A stretch of 64,000 bases of DNA from a virus: positions 124,265-188,264 of the IMG/VR virus record IMGVR_UViG_3300020473_002200. One strand, given 5' to 3'. Below the pieces are notes generated by a model that ran no database searches, was not told the origin of the DNA, and was given only the letters and a program-made list of their open reading frames with translations. Below, in pieces: positions 9,910 to 20,016 of this stretch. The position numbers and the translations under genes are program-made. Every line of letters begins with the position of its first letter. Position 1 is the stretch's first letter.

Positions 9910-10522
9910 AAAAGAAGTAACGATTAATGATATTATTACGGCTCTTTTTAATGGAAGGGTTGTATATGAGCTGCAGGGCACTAGCGCATACTTTGGTTAT
10001 GACGTAGGTGGTTCTGCATTTTTTTTAGAAGAAAAACTCCAGACAAGGATAGAGGGCCTGGAGAATGATTATCTAAGGGTTGTTCGTGCAATTTTTCGCT
10101 GCATTAATATAGACACAATAAACCCAAGATCGATATGGCTAAAATGCAGAATTGAAAGTCCTTTAAAGATAATACAAGTTATAGACATTGGGTCAACTGG
10201 AATTTCTTTGACTAAGAAAAAGTGCTTAAATTTTCTAGGTCGTATTGACGGTATTAACTATGGGCACTTTCATATTGTTAAGAATCCTGGAGCTTATATT
10301 GGTAGTGCTACAGACTTCGTAGCATTATTGGAAGATGATCTCGATTTGAGCGCTAAGATAAGTGATTTGCCTAACGATACTAGGAAAAAGTTGTTTCAAA
10401 AGTTGGAAAAATTTTTATTATTAAATGGTAGATCTAGAATACCAGATTGGGATATATCTAAATGTCGATCAATTTTAATTGAGACAGCTAACGAAAGCGT
10501 AAGAATATTTAGGAGACACTAG
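9899..10522 (+). CDS. Hypothetical protein
   Basis: 207-aa ORF. Confidence 0.5.
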   Translation: MGLKKEVTINDIITALFNGRVVYELQGTSAYFGYDVGGSAFFLEEKLQTRIEGLENDYLRVVRAIFRCINIDTINPRSIWLKCRIESPLKIIQVIDIGSTGISLTKKKCLNFLGRIDGINYGHFHIVKNPGAYIGSATDFVALLEDDLDLSAKISDLPNDTRKKLFQKLEKFLLLNGRSRIPDWDISKCRSILIETANESVRIFRRH

Positions 10523-10759
10523 GTGGACGAGTACAAGGGATATATGAAAGTAGCCTTTTTAATGCTTCAAGATAACCATGATTGGATGGATTTCAAGAAA
10601 GTTATGCTTAGATCTTTACCTCCAAAAATGAGAAAAAATTTTAGCACTCGCCACCCAAAAACGAAAAAGCAAACCTTAAATAATTTCGAAAGACAAATGA
10701 TTGATATTTATTTTGGTGAGACCGGTATTAAATTAAGACTGGAGAGTAATCATGATTAA
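10523..10759 (+). CDS. Hypothetical protein
   Basis: 78-aa ORF abutting neighbours. Confidence 0.45.
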   Translation: MDEYKGYMKVAFLMLQDNHDWMDFKKVMLRSLPPKMRKNFSTRHPKTKKQTLNNFERQMIDIYFGETGIKLRLESNHD

Positions 10760-11978
10760 AGAAAAATATGCTAAATTGTTCGCTCGTGAAGTGATATTGG
10801 ATGAAAGTTATGGGATGGTTGTTTCCCCCAACGAGTTGCATGCGATGTTCGTCGAGCCCTTTGCAGATATTTTAAAAGCCGTAAAGCTTACCCTTAAAGA
10901 TGTAGGCGTAGGTGTTCTGTATAATATGCGAATATTATTTACATTTAGTACTACAAAAAAAGCCAGATTATTAGAGGCCTATAAACAAAGACGAGAAGAG
11001 TTTGAAAAAGAGCATGAGGCATTTAGAAAAAAACTAGAAATCCCTGGTGAGGCAAAACTACTGGCTTTTATGGCGAACCCCGCCTTATATATGGGCGCTG
11101 CAGCAATTGGTAAGGGTGTTGATGTAGCCTCTTTTGTTAATGACACTTTTAAAGAACAAAGAAAAGCGATGAAAGATGCCGAAGAGCCTGACTCTGGCGG
11201 ACCTACCGGACCAACCGCTGACGCTCGTGGTCCAATAAGGGGGGCTTTGGCTGATTTAAAGAATTTATTTTTTGGTGAATCTTATAAACCAAGCATTTTA
11301 AATCAACTTTTGGAAGTTGGTGGAGAAAATCCAGATGTCGCTGCTGACGTTGAGGCTGAAATTGAAAAACAGGGTATTGATATAGACTTAGAGAAAATAA
11401 AATCTGGATTTAGCGATTTTGTTAAAATGAAAGAAGAAACTATCAAGGAGATCGAAGACGAAGGAATCCCTGCTAGACTAAAGGCTTTATCTGCGATGAT
11501 GAGCGCTAAAAATTATGAAGAATTAGAAGCAGCAATCACAGCCGCCAATTCTGCAGAAATTGATATGGGTAATTATTTAAAGGATTTTAATGACGAAATG
11601 ACTCGCGGCAAAGAAGAGATAGCTGCCGCATTTTCAAAAGACAAAGAAGAGAATGGCTCTGATAAAGGTGCTGAGTCTAAATTAATGCAACAAATGAGAA
11701 AGCTACCAAAGATTAAAAAGTTGGGTGATAAAGCAACTGAAGAAGACTTTGAGGAAGCAATGGAAGAATATCTTTTTAATACTCTGAAGTCGAACTTACA
11801 AGTAGACGGCGGAAAGATTATTTCTGACATTCAAGGTGATATGCAGGAGATTGTTGAAATATTACTAAAGCCTTGGGCTAGTGTTGATGAAATGTCAGAA
11901 ATCAAAGATGCCAGTCCAGAAGCTGAAGAAATGGTTAAGAAGATAGAGGGTATGGTTAGAATAATTCAGGGTAAATAA
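10752..11978 (+). CDS. Hypothetical helical protein
   Basis: 408-aa ORF. Confidence 0.55.
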   Translation: MIKEKYAKLFAREVILDESYGMVVSPNELHAMFVEPFADILKAVKLTLKDVGVGVLYNMRILFTFSTTKKARLLEAYKQRREEFEKEHEAFRKKLEIPGEAKLLAFMANPALYMGAAAIGKGVDVASFVNDTFKEQRKAMKDAEEPDSGGPTGPTADARGPIRGALADLKNLFFGESYKPSILNQLLEVGGENPDVAADVEAEIEKQGIDIDLEKIKSGFSDFVKMKEETIKEIEDEGIPARLKALSAMMSAKNYEELEAAITAANSAEIDMGNYLKDFNDEMTRGKEEIAAAFSKDKEENGSDKGAESKLMQQMRKLPKIKKLGDKATEEDFEEAMEEYLFNTLKSNLQVDGGKIISDIQGDMQEIVEILLKPWASVDEMSEIKDASPEAEEMVKKIEGMVRIIQGK

Positions 11979-12047
11979 ATCGATAACTACAATTACATAT
12001 TAGGTTTTTAGTTTATAATTGGATTAATCAAATTATGGGGCTAAATT

Positions 12048-12386
12048 ATGAAGAATTGGATACCTGAAATATGTTATGAGGAAGATGCAGAGGGAATGAG
12101 TTCTCATATCCCCTTTATACAAGTACCTAAAAATCAAGAAATGCCAAGATTTCTATTTATTTTCGAAAGCCAAGAAACTGGCGAGTTTGAGCCAGGTGAA
12201 GATGGTAACCCTTTACCAATTTACAATATGGACTTGCACCAATACGCAGATATGGCTACATTAAAAAATAATTTAGATCCCGAAACATTTGATAAAGTTA
12301 GGCTGGCTCTAGGTTTAGAACCTTTAGCCATTGCAGCAAAAAAGGGTCAAGAAATATCTCAAAAGGTTAGAGAAAACCTCAATTAA
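12048..12386 (+). CDS. Hypothetical protein
   Basis: 112-aa ORF. Confidence 0.5.
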   Translation: MKNWIPEICYEEDAEGMSSHIPFIQVPKNQEMPRFLFIFESQETGEFEPGEDGNPLPIYNMDLHQYADMATLKNNLDPETFDKVRLALGLEPLAIAAKKGQEISQKVRENLN

Positions 12387-12389
12387 GTT

Positions 12390-12418
12390 GTGTAATTTGT
12401 TGTGCTTTAGTGTATAAT
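12390..12418 (+). promoter_or_regulatory. Putative promoter GTGTAA-N17-TATAAT
   Basis: Intergenic; member of a repeated motif with fixed spacing. Confidence 0.6.
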
Positions 12419-12424
12419 TTATAC

Positions 12425-13105
12425 ATGAATAAAGCATATATAACTGAAGAAATGGCTGGTCGTGCATTAAATAAAATGTATGGCTTTAATCAAAAACTTT
12501 CTGCGCTTTATAAGTCTGAAGGACTTGACATAAAGTCAGATATTGGTAGAAGAAATATTTTAATGTCGTCTATCCAGGAAAGAGAATTTTCCAAGGAATT
12601 AGCTAAAGTATTTAGCGGTGTCGTAAATGACGGAAGATCAGGTCAACCTGATATTGTTATTGGAGAAATTGACACCGAGCTTGAATGCAAATTAACATCA
12701 CCACACAGTAATAAAACGTGGGCGCTGCAATGCGATTACGCGACCCTTCAAAAAAAAGGTTCTTTGGATTTTTTGTATATGCTGGTCGATAGGGATTTTG
12801 AAAATGCAGCAGTCCTATATTTCGAAGGCTTAACAACGGAAGATTTTCACCCACCCGCTGCGGGCTCTCGCGGAAAATCTAGAATGAGAAAAGCTTTTGC
12901 TATGCAAAAGTGCACCCCCTTATACGGCGAAGTTGTCGATAAAAATCAAGAAATTATAGATAGAGCAAAAAAAGTGGTGGAAGATGAAAAAAAACCACCC
13001 TATCAAAAGAAAAAAGCTCTAGAAAGAATTATAAATTGGGGTAGGAAAGAAAAGCAATATTCTTTCAAATTGGAGAAAATAGTTGGAAGCGAACAACAAC
13101 CCTAA
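12425..13105 (+). CDS. PD-(D/E)XK nuclease / restriction-endonuclease-like protein
   Basis: QPDIVIG...ELECK motif; start moved to the ATG downstream of the promoter. Confidence 0.5.
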   Translation: MNKAYITEEMAGRALNKMYGFNQKLSALYKSEGLDIKSDIGRRNILMSSIQEREFSKELAKVFSGVVNDGRSGQPDIVIGEIDTELECKLTSPHSNKTWALQCDYATLQKKGSLDFLYMLVDRDFENAAVLYFEGLTTEDFHPPAAGSRGKSRMRKAFAMQKCTPLYGEVVDKNQEIIDRAKKVVEDEKKPPYQKKKALERIINWGRKEKQYSFKLEKIVGSEQQP

Positions 13106-13451
13106 AGTTGGAGATTACGTCTTCTTGTTTTTTGATAAAACGGGCAGTATATTTTCTGCTAGAGTTCTTGAAAAAACAGTCAAGGAGACTATTTCTGATG
13201 GTTTAAAGACAGAGTATATTTTAGAAGCCTATAGACAAGAGTCTGATGAAGTTGTATCTCATAAATTGAAGTATAGCGAAGAAAAGTGCAAAATGTTTTC
13301 AACTCTTGAAGATTTACAAGTAGAGTTGCAAGAACACGTCAACGCCGCAGTTAATGCGATGTTAACAGAATGTCGAGAGACGTTTACATTTGCAAAGGCA
13401 AACTCAGAGGGGGCAAACATTGAAGAAAATATTACTTCTCGACGCAAATAA
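13083..13451 (+). CDS. Hypothetical protein (KOW/SH3-like N-terminus)
   Basis: PKVGDYVFLF start. Confidence 0.45.
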   Translation: MEANNNPKVGDYVFLFFDKTGSIFSARVLEKTVKETISDGLKTEYILEAYRQESDEVVSHKLKYSEEKCKMFSTLEDLQVELQEHVNAAVNAMLTECRETFTFAKANSEGANIEENITSRRK

Positions 13452-14250
13452 TCTAATTTATAGAGCAAGATATTCAGCGAAATATGCACGTGAAGGCGAT
13501 GCAGCTATTGTTTATTCTTTTTTTAGAAGTTTAAGACCTCTAGTGGAAAAGTTTGATCCTGATATATGCTACTTTGTAAGAGATGGTGCACCAAGCGATC
13601 GACTGGATATATTACCAGAATATAAACAAAATAGAATAAGAGAGCATGACGAAAGTTTTTTTAGTCAAAAGAAAACAATAGAAGAGCTTGTAGATTCATG
13701 TTTTCCTATAACAGTATGTCGTGATAAAGAGCTAGAAGCAGATGATTTAATAGCTTATCTTGTTCTAGAAGTACATAGACAAGATGAATGTGTAATTATC
13801 TCTTCAGACACAGATTTCGTACAACTATTACAAGAACATGAAAATTGTGAGTTGTATAATCCAATTACTAAAAAAATGAGACTGGCTCCAGAATACGATT
13901 ATTTAACCTGGAAATCCTTAAGGGGTGATGGATCAGATAATATTCCTGGTATCCCTAGGGTCGGCGATAAAACTGCTGCAAAGTTAGCATTAAACTCTGG
14001 TGAACTTCATACATTTTTAAATAAGGATAAAAACAATAAAGAGATTTATGAAAGAAATAGGAATTTAATAAAATTTAGAAACCCCAAAGATGTATCCAAG
14101 ATTTTTGTGGGTAATAATAAGGCTGATTTTGATAAGATTAAGGCCAAGTTTATTGAACTAAACTTTCATAGCATGGTTAATGAAAAGTCTTGGGTAAAAT
14201 ATAAGAAAACTTTTGAGGGAATTCTAAATGAAAACTGTATTAAGCAATGA
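13420..14250 (+). CDS. 5'-3' exonuclease / flap endonuclease (PolI N-terminal, T4 RNase H-like)
   Basis: LLLDANNL, YKQNR, EADDLIA, SSDTDFVQL, GDGSDNIPGIPRVGDKTA. Confidence 0.93.
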   Translation: MKKILLLDANNLIYRARYSAKYAREGDAAIVYSFFRSLRPLVEKFDPDICYFVRDGAPSDRLDILPEYKQNRIREHDESFFSQKKTIEELVDSCFPITVCRDKELEADDLIAYLVLEVHRQDECVIISSDTDFVQLLQEHENCELYNPITKKMRLAPEYDYLTWKSLRGDGSDNIPGIPRVGDKTAAKLALNSGELHTFLNKDKNNKEIYERNRNLIKFRNPKDVSKIFVGNNKADFDKIKAKFIELNFHSMVNEKSWVKYKKTFEGILNENCIKQ

Positions 14251-14422
14251 GTCACAGGCATTCTTAAGAAAAATTAATATGATTAATGAGCAAGAGATTG
14301 CCTATAGGTTTGGTGATTTGTTTATAGCTGAAAATTCTATAACGGGCGCAAGAAGACAGCTGCAAAGTGTTCCAGATTACGTAGTGGAAAACTCTAAAAA
14401 GCCTGGTTTGCTGAAGGGTTAA
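14228..14422 (+). CDS. Hypothetical protein
   Basis: 64-aa coupled ORF. Confidence 0.45.
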   Translation: MKTVLSNESQAFLRKINMINEQEIAYRFGDLFIAENSITGARRQLQSVPDYVVENSKKPGLLKG

Positions 14423-14423
14423 A

Positions 14424-15998
14424 ATGCAAAAAAGAATTTTAAAATATTCAGAAGAACTACGAGGTTCTTTGCTGGAAGGTGTATCAAAGTTGTCAAGCGC
14501 AGTTAAGATCACCATGGGCCCACGGGGTCAAAATGTCTTAATAGAAATTAATGAAGCACCTCCAATTTTAACAAAGGACGGTGTCACTGTCGCTGAGGCG
14601 ATTAATCTTGTTGATAGATTCGAGAATTTAGGCGCCCAAGTTGTGAAAGAAGCTGCTCGTCAAACAGCTGAAATCGCTGGCGATGGCACAACTACATCGA
14701 CAGTTTTGGCTCAAGCAATTTTTGAGCAAGGAAGCAAGTATCTAAATACGGGTGGTAATATTAGAGATTTAAGAGAGTCGTTAATACAAGCAAAAGATTT
14801 AGCGATCTCTGCTCTAGGAGAAATGGCTATTGATATTAGAAATGAAAAAGACCTAAAGAATGTTGCTACAATTTCTGCTAATGGCGAAAAATCGTTAGGA
14901 GAAATTATTTCCGATGCAGTTAGTAAGGTTGGATCACATGGATATGTGACAGTTGAAAACTCCAAGGGGTACAATACGGAGCTTGTTTTAGTTGATGGAT
15001 ACCAAATAGATAGAGGTTACATTTCACCTTATTTTGTGACAAATCAATCGAAGCAAACAGTGGAGTTTAAAAATCCTCTTGTATTATTAACAAATCAAAC
15101 TATAACTAGTTTGAAAAGTATTATGTCAATTTTGGAAGAGACTGTTCGTGAAAATCGACCTTTAATTATAATGGCTAATGATGTAACAGGTGAGGCTTTA
15201 CAAGGTTTGATTTTGAATAAGTCAAAGGGCAATTTACAATGTTGCGTTTTGAGACCTCCGGAGTTCGGTATCGCTCGTGAGCAGGCGCTTGAAGACTTAG
15301 CTGCTGTCTTGGGAGCTGAATTAATTCACGATAATCCAGATGAGTGGTCTAATATGCCTATCTTTTCAATGCTGGGTAGTTGTAAAACGTTTAAAGCATA
15401 CAAAGAAAAGAGTGTGTTTGTTGATTGCAATTCTGATCATGATGTCATAAACCAAAGAATTGCAGCAATAGAGTCTCGTTCTGGAGAACCAAACGTATCT
15501 ATAGATGAGCGCAGCGTACTAGACCGCCGTCGAAAGCGAATGACAAGTGGGGTTGCGATTATCTATGTTGGGGGTTCTACGGAAAGTGAAGTCAACGAGC
15601 GTAGAGATCGTGTTGATGATGCCGTAAACGCTACTCGCGTTGCGTTAGAAGATGGAATTATCCCGGGCGGCGGTGCAGCGTTGTTTAGGGTTTCCGAACA
15701 GCTTTGCAGTAAGACTGAACCAGGGTATCAGATTTTATCTCATGCATTAAAGATGCCTGTATACCAAATATCAAAAAACGCAGGTGATATACCCGAGGTA
15801 ATTTTAGAAAAGTTAAAAAGCACTAAGGGGAACTCGGGATATAACGCTATTAGCGGTAAGATTACAAATGTAATGAAAGAAGGAATAATTGATCCAGTGA
15901 AAGTAGCGGTTTCAGCATTAGAAAATGCCACTAGCGCCGCATTAAATCTATTATCGGTTGGTTGCGCAGCCGTCGTGAAAGAACAGGAGAAGCGTTAA
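14424..15998 (+). CDS. groL: GroEL-like chaperonin
   Basis: TMGPRG, TKDGVTVA, GDGTTTS, PGGG, GIIDP motifs. Confidence 0.95.
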   Translation: MQKRILKYSEELRGSLLEGVSKLSSAVKITMGPRGQNVLIEINEAPPILTKDGVTVAEAINLVDRFENLGAQVVKEAARQTAEIAGDGTTTSTVLAQAIFEQGSKYLNTGGNIRDLRESLIQAKDLAISALGEMAIDIRNEKDLKNVATISANGEKSLGEIISDAVSKVGSHGYVTVENSKGYNTELVLVDGYQIDRGYISPYFVTNQSKQTVEFKNPLVLLTNQTITSLKSIMSILEETVRENRPLIIMANDVTGEALQGLILNKSKGNLQCCVLRPPEFGIAREQALEDLAAVLGAELIHDNPDEWSNMPIFSMLGSCKTFKAYKEKSVFVDCNSDHDVINQRIAAIESRSGEPNVSIDERSVLDRRRKRMTSGVAIIYVGGSTESEVNERRDRVDDAVNATRVALEDGIIPGGGAALFRVSEQLCSKTEPGYQILSHALKMPVYQISKNAGDIPEVILEKLKSTKGNSGYNAISGKITNVMKEGIIDPVKVAVSALENATSAALNLLSVGCAAVVKEQEKR

Positions 15999-16297
15999 TG
16001 AGAAATAAAACGACAAGATCAGATAGAAATAATAGACAAGACAGAAGATCGCAGCAAAGACCAGATAGAAAAAATGATCCTATCATTATCATCAATATCA
16101 ACTGGGAAGATCTAGTCCATAAAAATGATGAAGAAATTAGATCCCTAAGCGATCGGCTTAATAAAAATCTTAGATTAGCCAGAACAAAGAAAGATGAAAA
16201 ATCTTCTAAGTTAATTGAGAAAGAAATTTGTTATATTCAAAGAGAAATTGATCAAAGAGATAAAAGAAAAAAAGCTCATTTTAATTTTCGAAAGTAA
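15998..16297 (+). CDS. Basic hypothetical protein
   Basis: Coupled TAATG start; Arg/Lys-rich. Confidence 0.45.
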   Translation: MRNKTTRSDRNNRQDRRSQQRPDRKNDPIIIININWEDLVHKNDEEIRSLSDRLNKNLRLARTKKDEKSSKLIEKEICYIQREIDQRDKRKKAHFNFRK

Positions 16298-16325
16298 TGC
16301 AAATCATTATTTTCTATGGTATAAT
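16297..16325 (+). promoter_or_regulatory. Putative promoter ATGCAA-N17-TATAAT upstream of the sigma factor
   Basis: Matches the repeated motif; followed by AAGGAG SD. Confidence 0.6.
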
Positions 16326-16345
16326 ATAATAAAAAAGGAGAAAAG

Positions 16346-17113
16346 ATGTCAGAAGCATTACAAACATACTTCACTAGAGTTGGCAAATATCCACTTCTTA
16401 CCCGAGAACAAGAAATTGATTTAGCTAAAAAGATTGAGGCTGGTGACGCAAGGGCGAAAAATCAGATGATTCAATCAAATTTAAGACTTGCTATATCAAT
16501 TGCAAAAAAGTACCATGGCAAGGGTTGCTCTCTAGAAGATTTGATTCAAGAATCTAATATGGGATTAATCAAAGCTGTTGATCGTTTTGATTGGCGTAAA
16601 GGCTTTAAGTTTAGTACATATGCATATTGGTGGATTAAACAATCTGTTAGGACACATGTAGCAAGTCAGGCTTCTGATATTAAGCTGCCTGCCCACACCA
16701 GAAATCTTCTTTGGAAAATGAATGAAATGATCAAGGAATATGAAGAAGAGTTTGGTCAACGTCCTTCATACGACGAAGTATCGGAAGCTTTGGGTATCCC
16801 GACTAGTACGCTAATGTCTATGATCAAGTGCTCGACACAGCTGTCACTTGATGCAAATATTAGGGATAGATCTGGTGGCGCTGGTAGAAAGATTGCAGAA
16901 GTTGTTCCAGATAATGAAGCGACGTCTGTTGATGATCTATTAGACTCTGTTAAGATAAAGGGTGTAATGAGAAGCGCATTAAAAAGTCTTACAAGCAGAG
17001 AGGAAAATATTATACGTTTAAGATTTGGGATTGGTGAGCCAGCCGAACAGTCAAATGAACAGTTTTCTTTAAGTAAAGCTGAAGTAAAAGAAATTAGGAG
17101 GATTGCAAAATGA
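16346..17113 (+). CDS. Sigma70-family RNA polymerase sigma factor (regions 1.2-4.1; region 4.2 HTH absent)
   Basis: YPLLTREQE, NLRLAISIAKKY, DLIQESNMGLIKAVDRFD, FSTYAYWWIKQ, LTSREENIIRLRFG. Confidence 0.92.
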   Translation: MSEALQTYFTRVGKYPLLTREQEIDLAKKIEAGDARAKNQMIQSNLRLAISIAKKYHGKGCSLEDLIQESNMGLIKAVDRFDWRKGFKFSTYAYWWIKQSVRTHVASQASDIKLPAHTRNLLWKMNEMIKEYEEEFGQRPSYDEVSEALGIPTSTLMSMIKCSTQLSLDANIRDRSGGAGRKIAEVVPDNEATSVDDLLDSVKIKGVMRSALKSLTSREENIIRLRFGIGEPAEQSNEQFSLSKAEVKEIRRIAK

Positions 17114-17388
17114 GTATGCCAAAAGGATATAAATCTGAAAATGGTTATGCAACAGTAGTAAAGTCAGGTGGCATGAGCTATAAGGATATAGCTGAAGAAA
17201 TGACCCGCCGCGGCTTTAAGATGAAGCATTCTGCTGCTAGAAATATTTTGTTGGAGGCTATGAAGAAATTAGCTGTTGGGGTTTGCGAACTATACGATAT
17301 GAGCGACACTGATATTATGAAAGTAGCAAGCGACCCCCGATTTCAAGAATGTGTTGCTTCATATTTAGAAGAAGAATCTATGATCTAG
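17110..17388 (+). CDS. HTH protein resembling sigma70 region 4.2
   Basis: MSYKDIAEEM....HSAARNILLEAMKKL; ATGA overlap with the sigma gene. Confidence 0.5.
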   Translation: MSMPKGYKSENGYATVVKSGGMSYKDIAEEMTRRGFKMKHSAARNILLEAMKKLAVGVCELYDMSDTDIMKVASDPRFQECVASYLEEESMI

Positions 17389-17400
17389 TTAGGAGAGTAT

Positions 17401-17724
17401 ATGCTTATATTTGAAAGATTTATCGCAAGAGGGAATTTTAATATTCAGGATTTTTTTAGCGCAGCTGGTATTACTAGCGATGAAGAGCTTAGGGCTTATT
17501 GTGCTGAAAAGAATATGACAGCCCCAATAAATGAATATTTTGCTAGCCCTAAGGTAGCTGATAATGTGGTTGAAAAGAAGACCGCCAAAAAGCCGACTAT
17601 AAAAAAGAAGCCTGTTGCAACAAAAGCGCTTGTAGAGGATAATGAAAAACCAGTCCCAAAGAAGACTACCAGAAAACCTCGTACACCGCGTAAAAGAGCA
17701 CCAAAGAAAACACAAGATAAGTGA
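17401..17724 (+). CDS. Hypothetical protein with Lys/Pro/Thr-rich histone-like tail
   Basis: KKTAKKPTIKKKP...RKPRTPRKRAPKK. Confidence 0.5.
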   Translation: MLIFERFIARGNFNIQDFFSAAGITSDEELRAYCAEKNMTAPINEYFASPKVADNVVEKKTAKKPTIKKKPVATKALVEDNEKPVPKKTTRKPRTPRKRAPKKTQDK

Positions 17725-17874
17725 TATTTTTAAAAAAGATAATGCTGCCAGCAGCAATCCTTAATATGTTTATGTGTGTTGTAAGTTATGAATTTTTAAA
17801 TAAAGATGTCGCTCTTTTGAATTTTTTGACAGCATGCGTTTGCTATCTTTCTTGGAGGATAGGAAAAGTGCAAA

Positions 17875-18480
17875 ATGACTTATAGAAAAATTCGTGAATG
17901 GCCGAATGAAGAATTAAAAATAAAATCTGCCAATATTGACATCTTAAAAGATCGAGAAGCTATAAACGATTTACTTGATACTTTTAAGGTCGTTGGTGGT
18001 TATGGGTTGTCTGCTCCTCAAATTGGGTTACATGTTAGAGCGATTGTAATAAATCCCAGCGCGTTAAAAAAGGATGATTCTTTAAATAACGAAGAGCTAA
18101 TGCTAAACCCTGTTATTATAGACAGAAAGGGTACACAAGTTTTTAGTGAAGCGTGTTTTTCTTTGCCTAATCTAAGTTTAGATATAGAGAGGAGTTCTGA
18201 GGTACTAGTTGAGTGGAAGAATATCGATGGTGAATTAAAAAGACAGTGGTTTAGTGATTATTCGTCTGCCTGCGTACAGCATGAAATCGATCACTTAGAC
18301 GGCGTTCTTACAATAGATAGAATTTCGCAGCTACGCCGAAGTATGATTATTAAGAAAATCAAAAAGAAAAACTTAGAAGTAATAAAGGCCAGCAAAAGAC
18401 CTAGCGATGAAAGATCAAGACAAAAGTCTTTAAGAACAAGAAAGAAAAATCGTATAAAAAGGAAAGCAAACAAAAGATGA
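17875..18480 (+). CDS. def: Peptide deformylase
   Basis: GLSAPQIG, EACFS (cf. EGCLS), QHEIDHLDG. Confidence 0.9.
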   Translation: MTYRKIREWPNEELKIKSANIDILKDREAINDLLDTFKVVGGYGLSAPQIGLHVRAIVINPSALKKDDSLNNEELMLNPVIIDRKGTQVFSEACFSLPNLSLDIERSSEVLVEWKNIDGELKRQWFSDYSSACVQHEIDHLDGVLTIDRISQLRRSMIIKKIKKKNLEVIKASKRPSDERSRQKSLRTRKKNRIKRKANKR

Positions 18481-18752
18481 GTTTTAACGCGATTAGAACG
18501 AAAGTATTAGTACTAGCAGGTAAGTGTCCAGCGATCCTTAAAAGTAGTTCATATGAAGATGTCGAAGAGTGGATTAACACCATAAATCGATTTAAGAAAC
18601 CAAATGAAGACTATCAGGCGTCTGTTTACAGGTACTGGGCGCGCCAGCAGCTTTATGATAATAAAGAGCAATTAGAAGATACTCTTGAAACAATCTCTAG
18701 GGTGTGTAATACAAACGATACAATTTTTTCATTGGCTGCGAAATCAGATTAA
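18477..18752 (+). CDS. Hypothetical protein
   Basis: Coupled ORF. Confidence 0.45.
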   Translation: MSFNAIRTKVLVLAGKCPAILKSSSYEDVEEWINTINRFKKPNEDYQASVYRYWARQQLYDNKEQLEDTLETISRVCNTNDTIFSLAAKSD

Positions 18753-19006
18753 TGAGAAAGAATGATCTGGTAAAAAGAGTTAAAAAGAGCGAAAGAACAT
18801 TTTATAATGAAATGGAATTAGACTCTATTGGAATAATCGTCAAAGGCCCATACGAAAAAAATGTGTCTGATATTATTTACGCTATAAAGCCATGGTTAAA
18901 GCAAAAGGTGAGATATACTGAGATAAAGATGGTTATAGACATATTAAGTGAAAATAGGGTTTATAAGCATTGCGTTATTGAAGAATACGAGAGGGTAAAG
19001 AGTTGA
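18752..19006 (+). CDS. Hypothetical protein (KOW/SH3-like)
   Basis: MRKNDLVK...GIIV pattern. Confidence 0.45.
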   Translation: MRKNDLVKRVKKSERTFYNEMELDSIGIIVKGPYEKNVSDIIYAIKPWLKQKVRYTEIKMVIDILSENRVYKHCVIEEYERVKS

Positions 19007-20016
19007 GAAAGACAATTACGTTTGATGATGTTTTATTGGTTCCCCAATATTCAGAGATTTTATCTAGAAAACAAATTGATCTTTCTGTTAATTTAGGGGA
19101 TAATTTATTGGATCTGCAATGTCCTTTTGTGTCTAGCCCAATGGACACTGTGACAGAGCATACAATGGCTATCTCTATGGCGAAGTATGGCGGTCTTGGT
19201 ATTGTCCATAGATATAATACGATCAAGGGACAGGCTGATATCGTAAGAGAAGTCCAGATGAAAACTGATAAAGTTGCTGCAGCTATCGGTGTTTCGGGAG
19301 ATTTTTTAGAACGTGCCCAAGCAGTTATTTCAGAGGGCGCAAAAATACTTTGTGTTGATGTGGCACACGGCCATCACGCTTTAATGAAGAATGCTTTAAA
19401 AAAATTACGTGATATCTTTAGTGATGATATTCACATTATGGCGGGTAATGTAGCAACTCTTGACGGCTTTAATGATTTGGCTGATTGGGGCGCCGATAGT
19501 ATTCGTGTAGGTATTGGTGGGGGCTCTATTTGCTCCACACGAATCCAAACTGGTCATGGAGTCCCAACTCTACAAAGCATACTAGATTGCTCGCAGACGG
19601 ATCGTAATGCCTTGATAATCGCAGATGGTGGAATGCGGAGCACAGGTGATATTGCAAAAGCGATAGCTGCCGGAGCTGATTTAGTGATGTGCGGTTCTCT
19701 ATTTGCGGGTACCGATGAATCACCTGGAGAGGTATTTTCAGCTTCTGATAATAAGAAATATAAAGTATATAGAGGTATGGCTTCTGTGGAGGCACAAAGG
19801 GACTGGAAGGGCAGCCATAATTCAGTCGAGGGTATCTCTACAACAATACCATATAAGGGCTCTATTAAGGACATAATTGAATTAATGAAAAAGCAATTAG
19901 CTAGTGCATGTTCATACTCTGGTGCCGTTAGCTTAAGCGAATTTAGAAATAAATCTGAGTTGATTGTACAATCAAACTCGGCCCAACAAGAAAGCTCTAC
20001 TCATATTTTGAGATGA
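19003..20016 (+). CDS. guaB: IMP dehydrogenase / GMP reductase family (no CBS domain)
   Basis: [43 protein letters not shown]. Confidence 0.88.
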   Translation: MRKTITFDDVLLVPQYSEILSRKQIDLSVNLGDNLLDLQCPFVSSPMDTVTEHTMAISMAKYGGLGIVHRYNTIKGQADIVREVQMKTDKVAAAIGVSGDFLERAQAVISEGAKILCVDVAHGHHALMKNALKKLRDIFSDDIHIMAGNVATLDGFNDLADWGADSIRVGIGGGSICSTRIQTGHGVPTLQSILDCSQTDRNALIIADGGMRSTGDIAKAIAAGADLVMCGSLFAGTDESPGEVFSASDNKKYKVYRGMASVEAQRDWKGSHNSVEGISTTIPYKGSIKDIIELMKKQLASACSYSGAVSLSEFRNKSELIVQSNSAQQESSTHILR

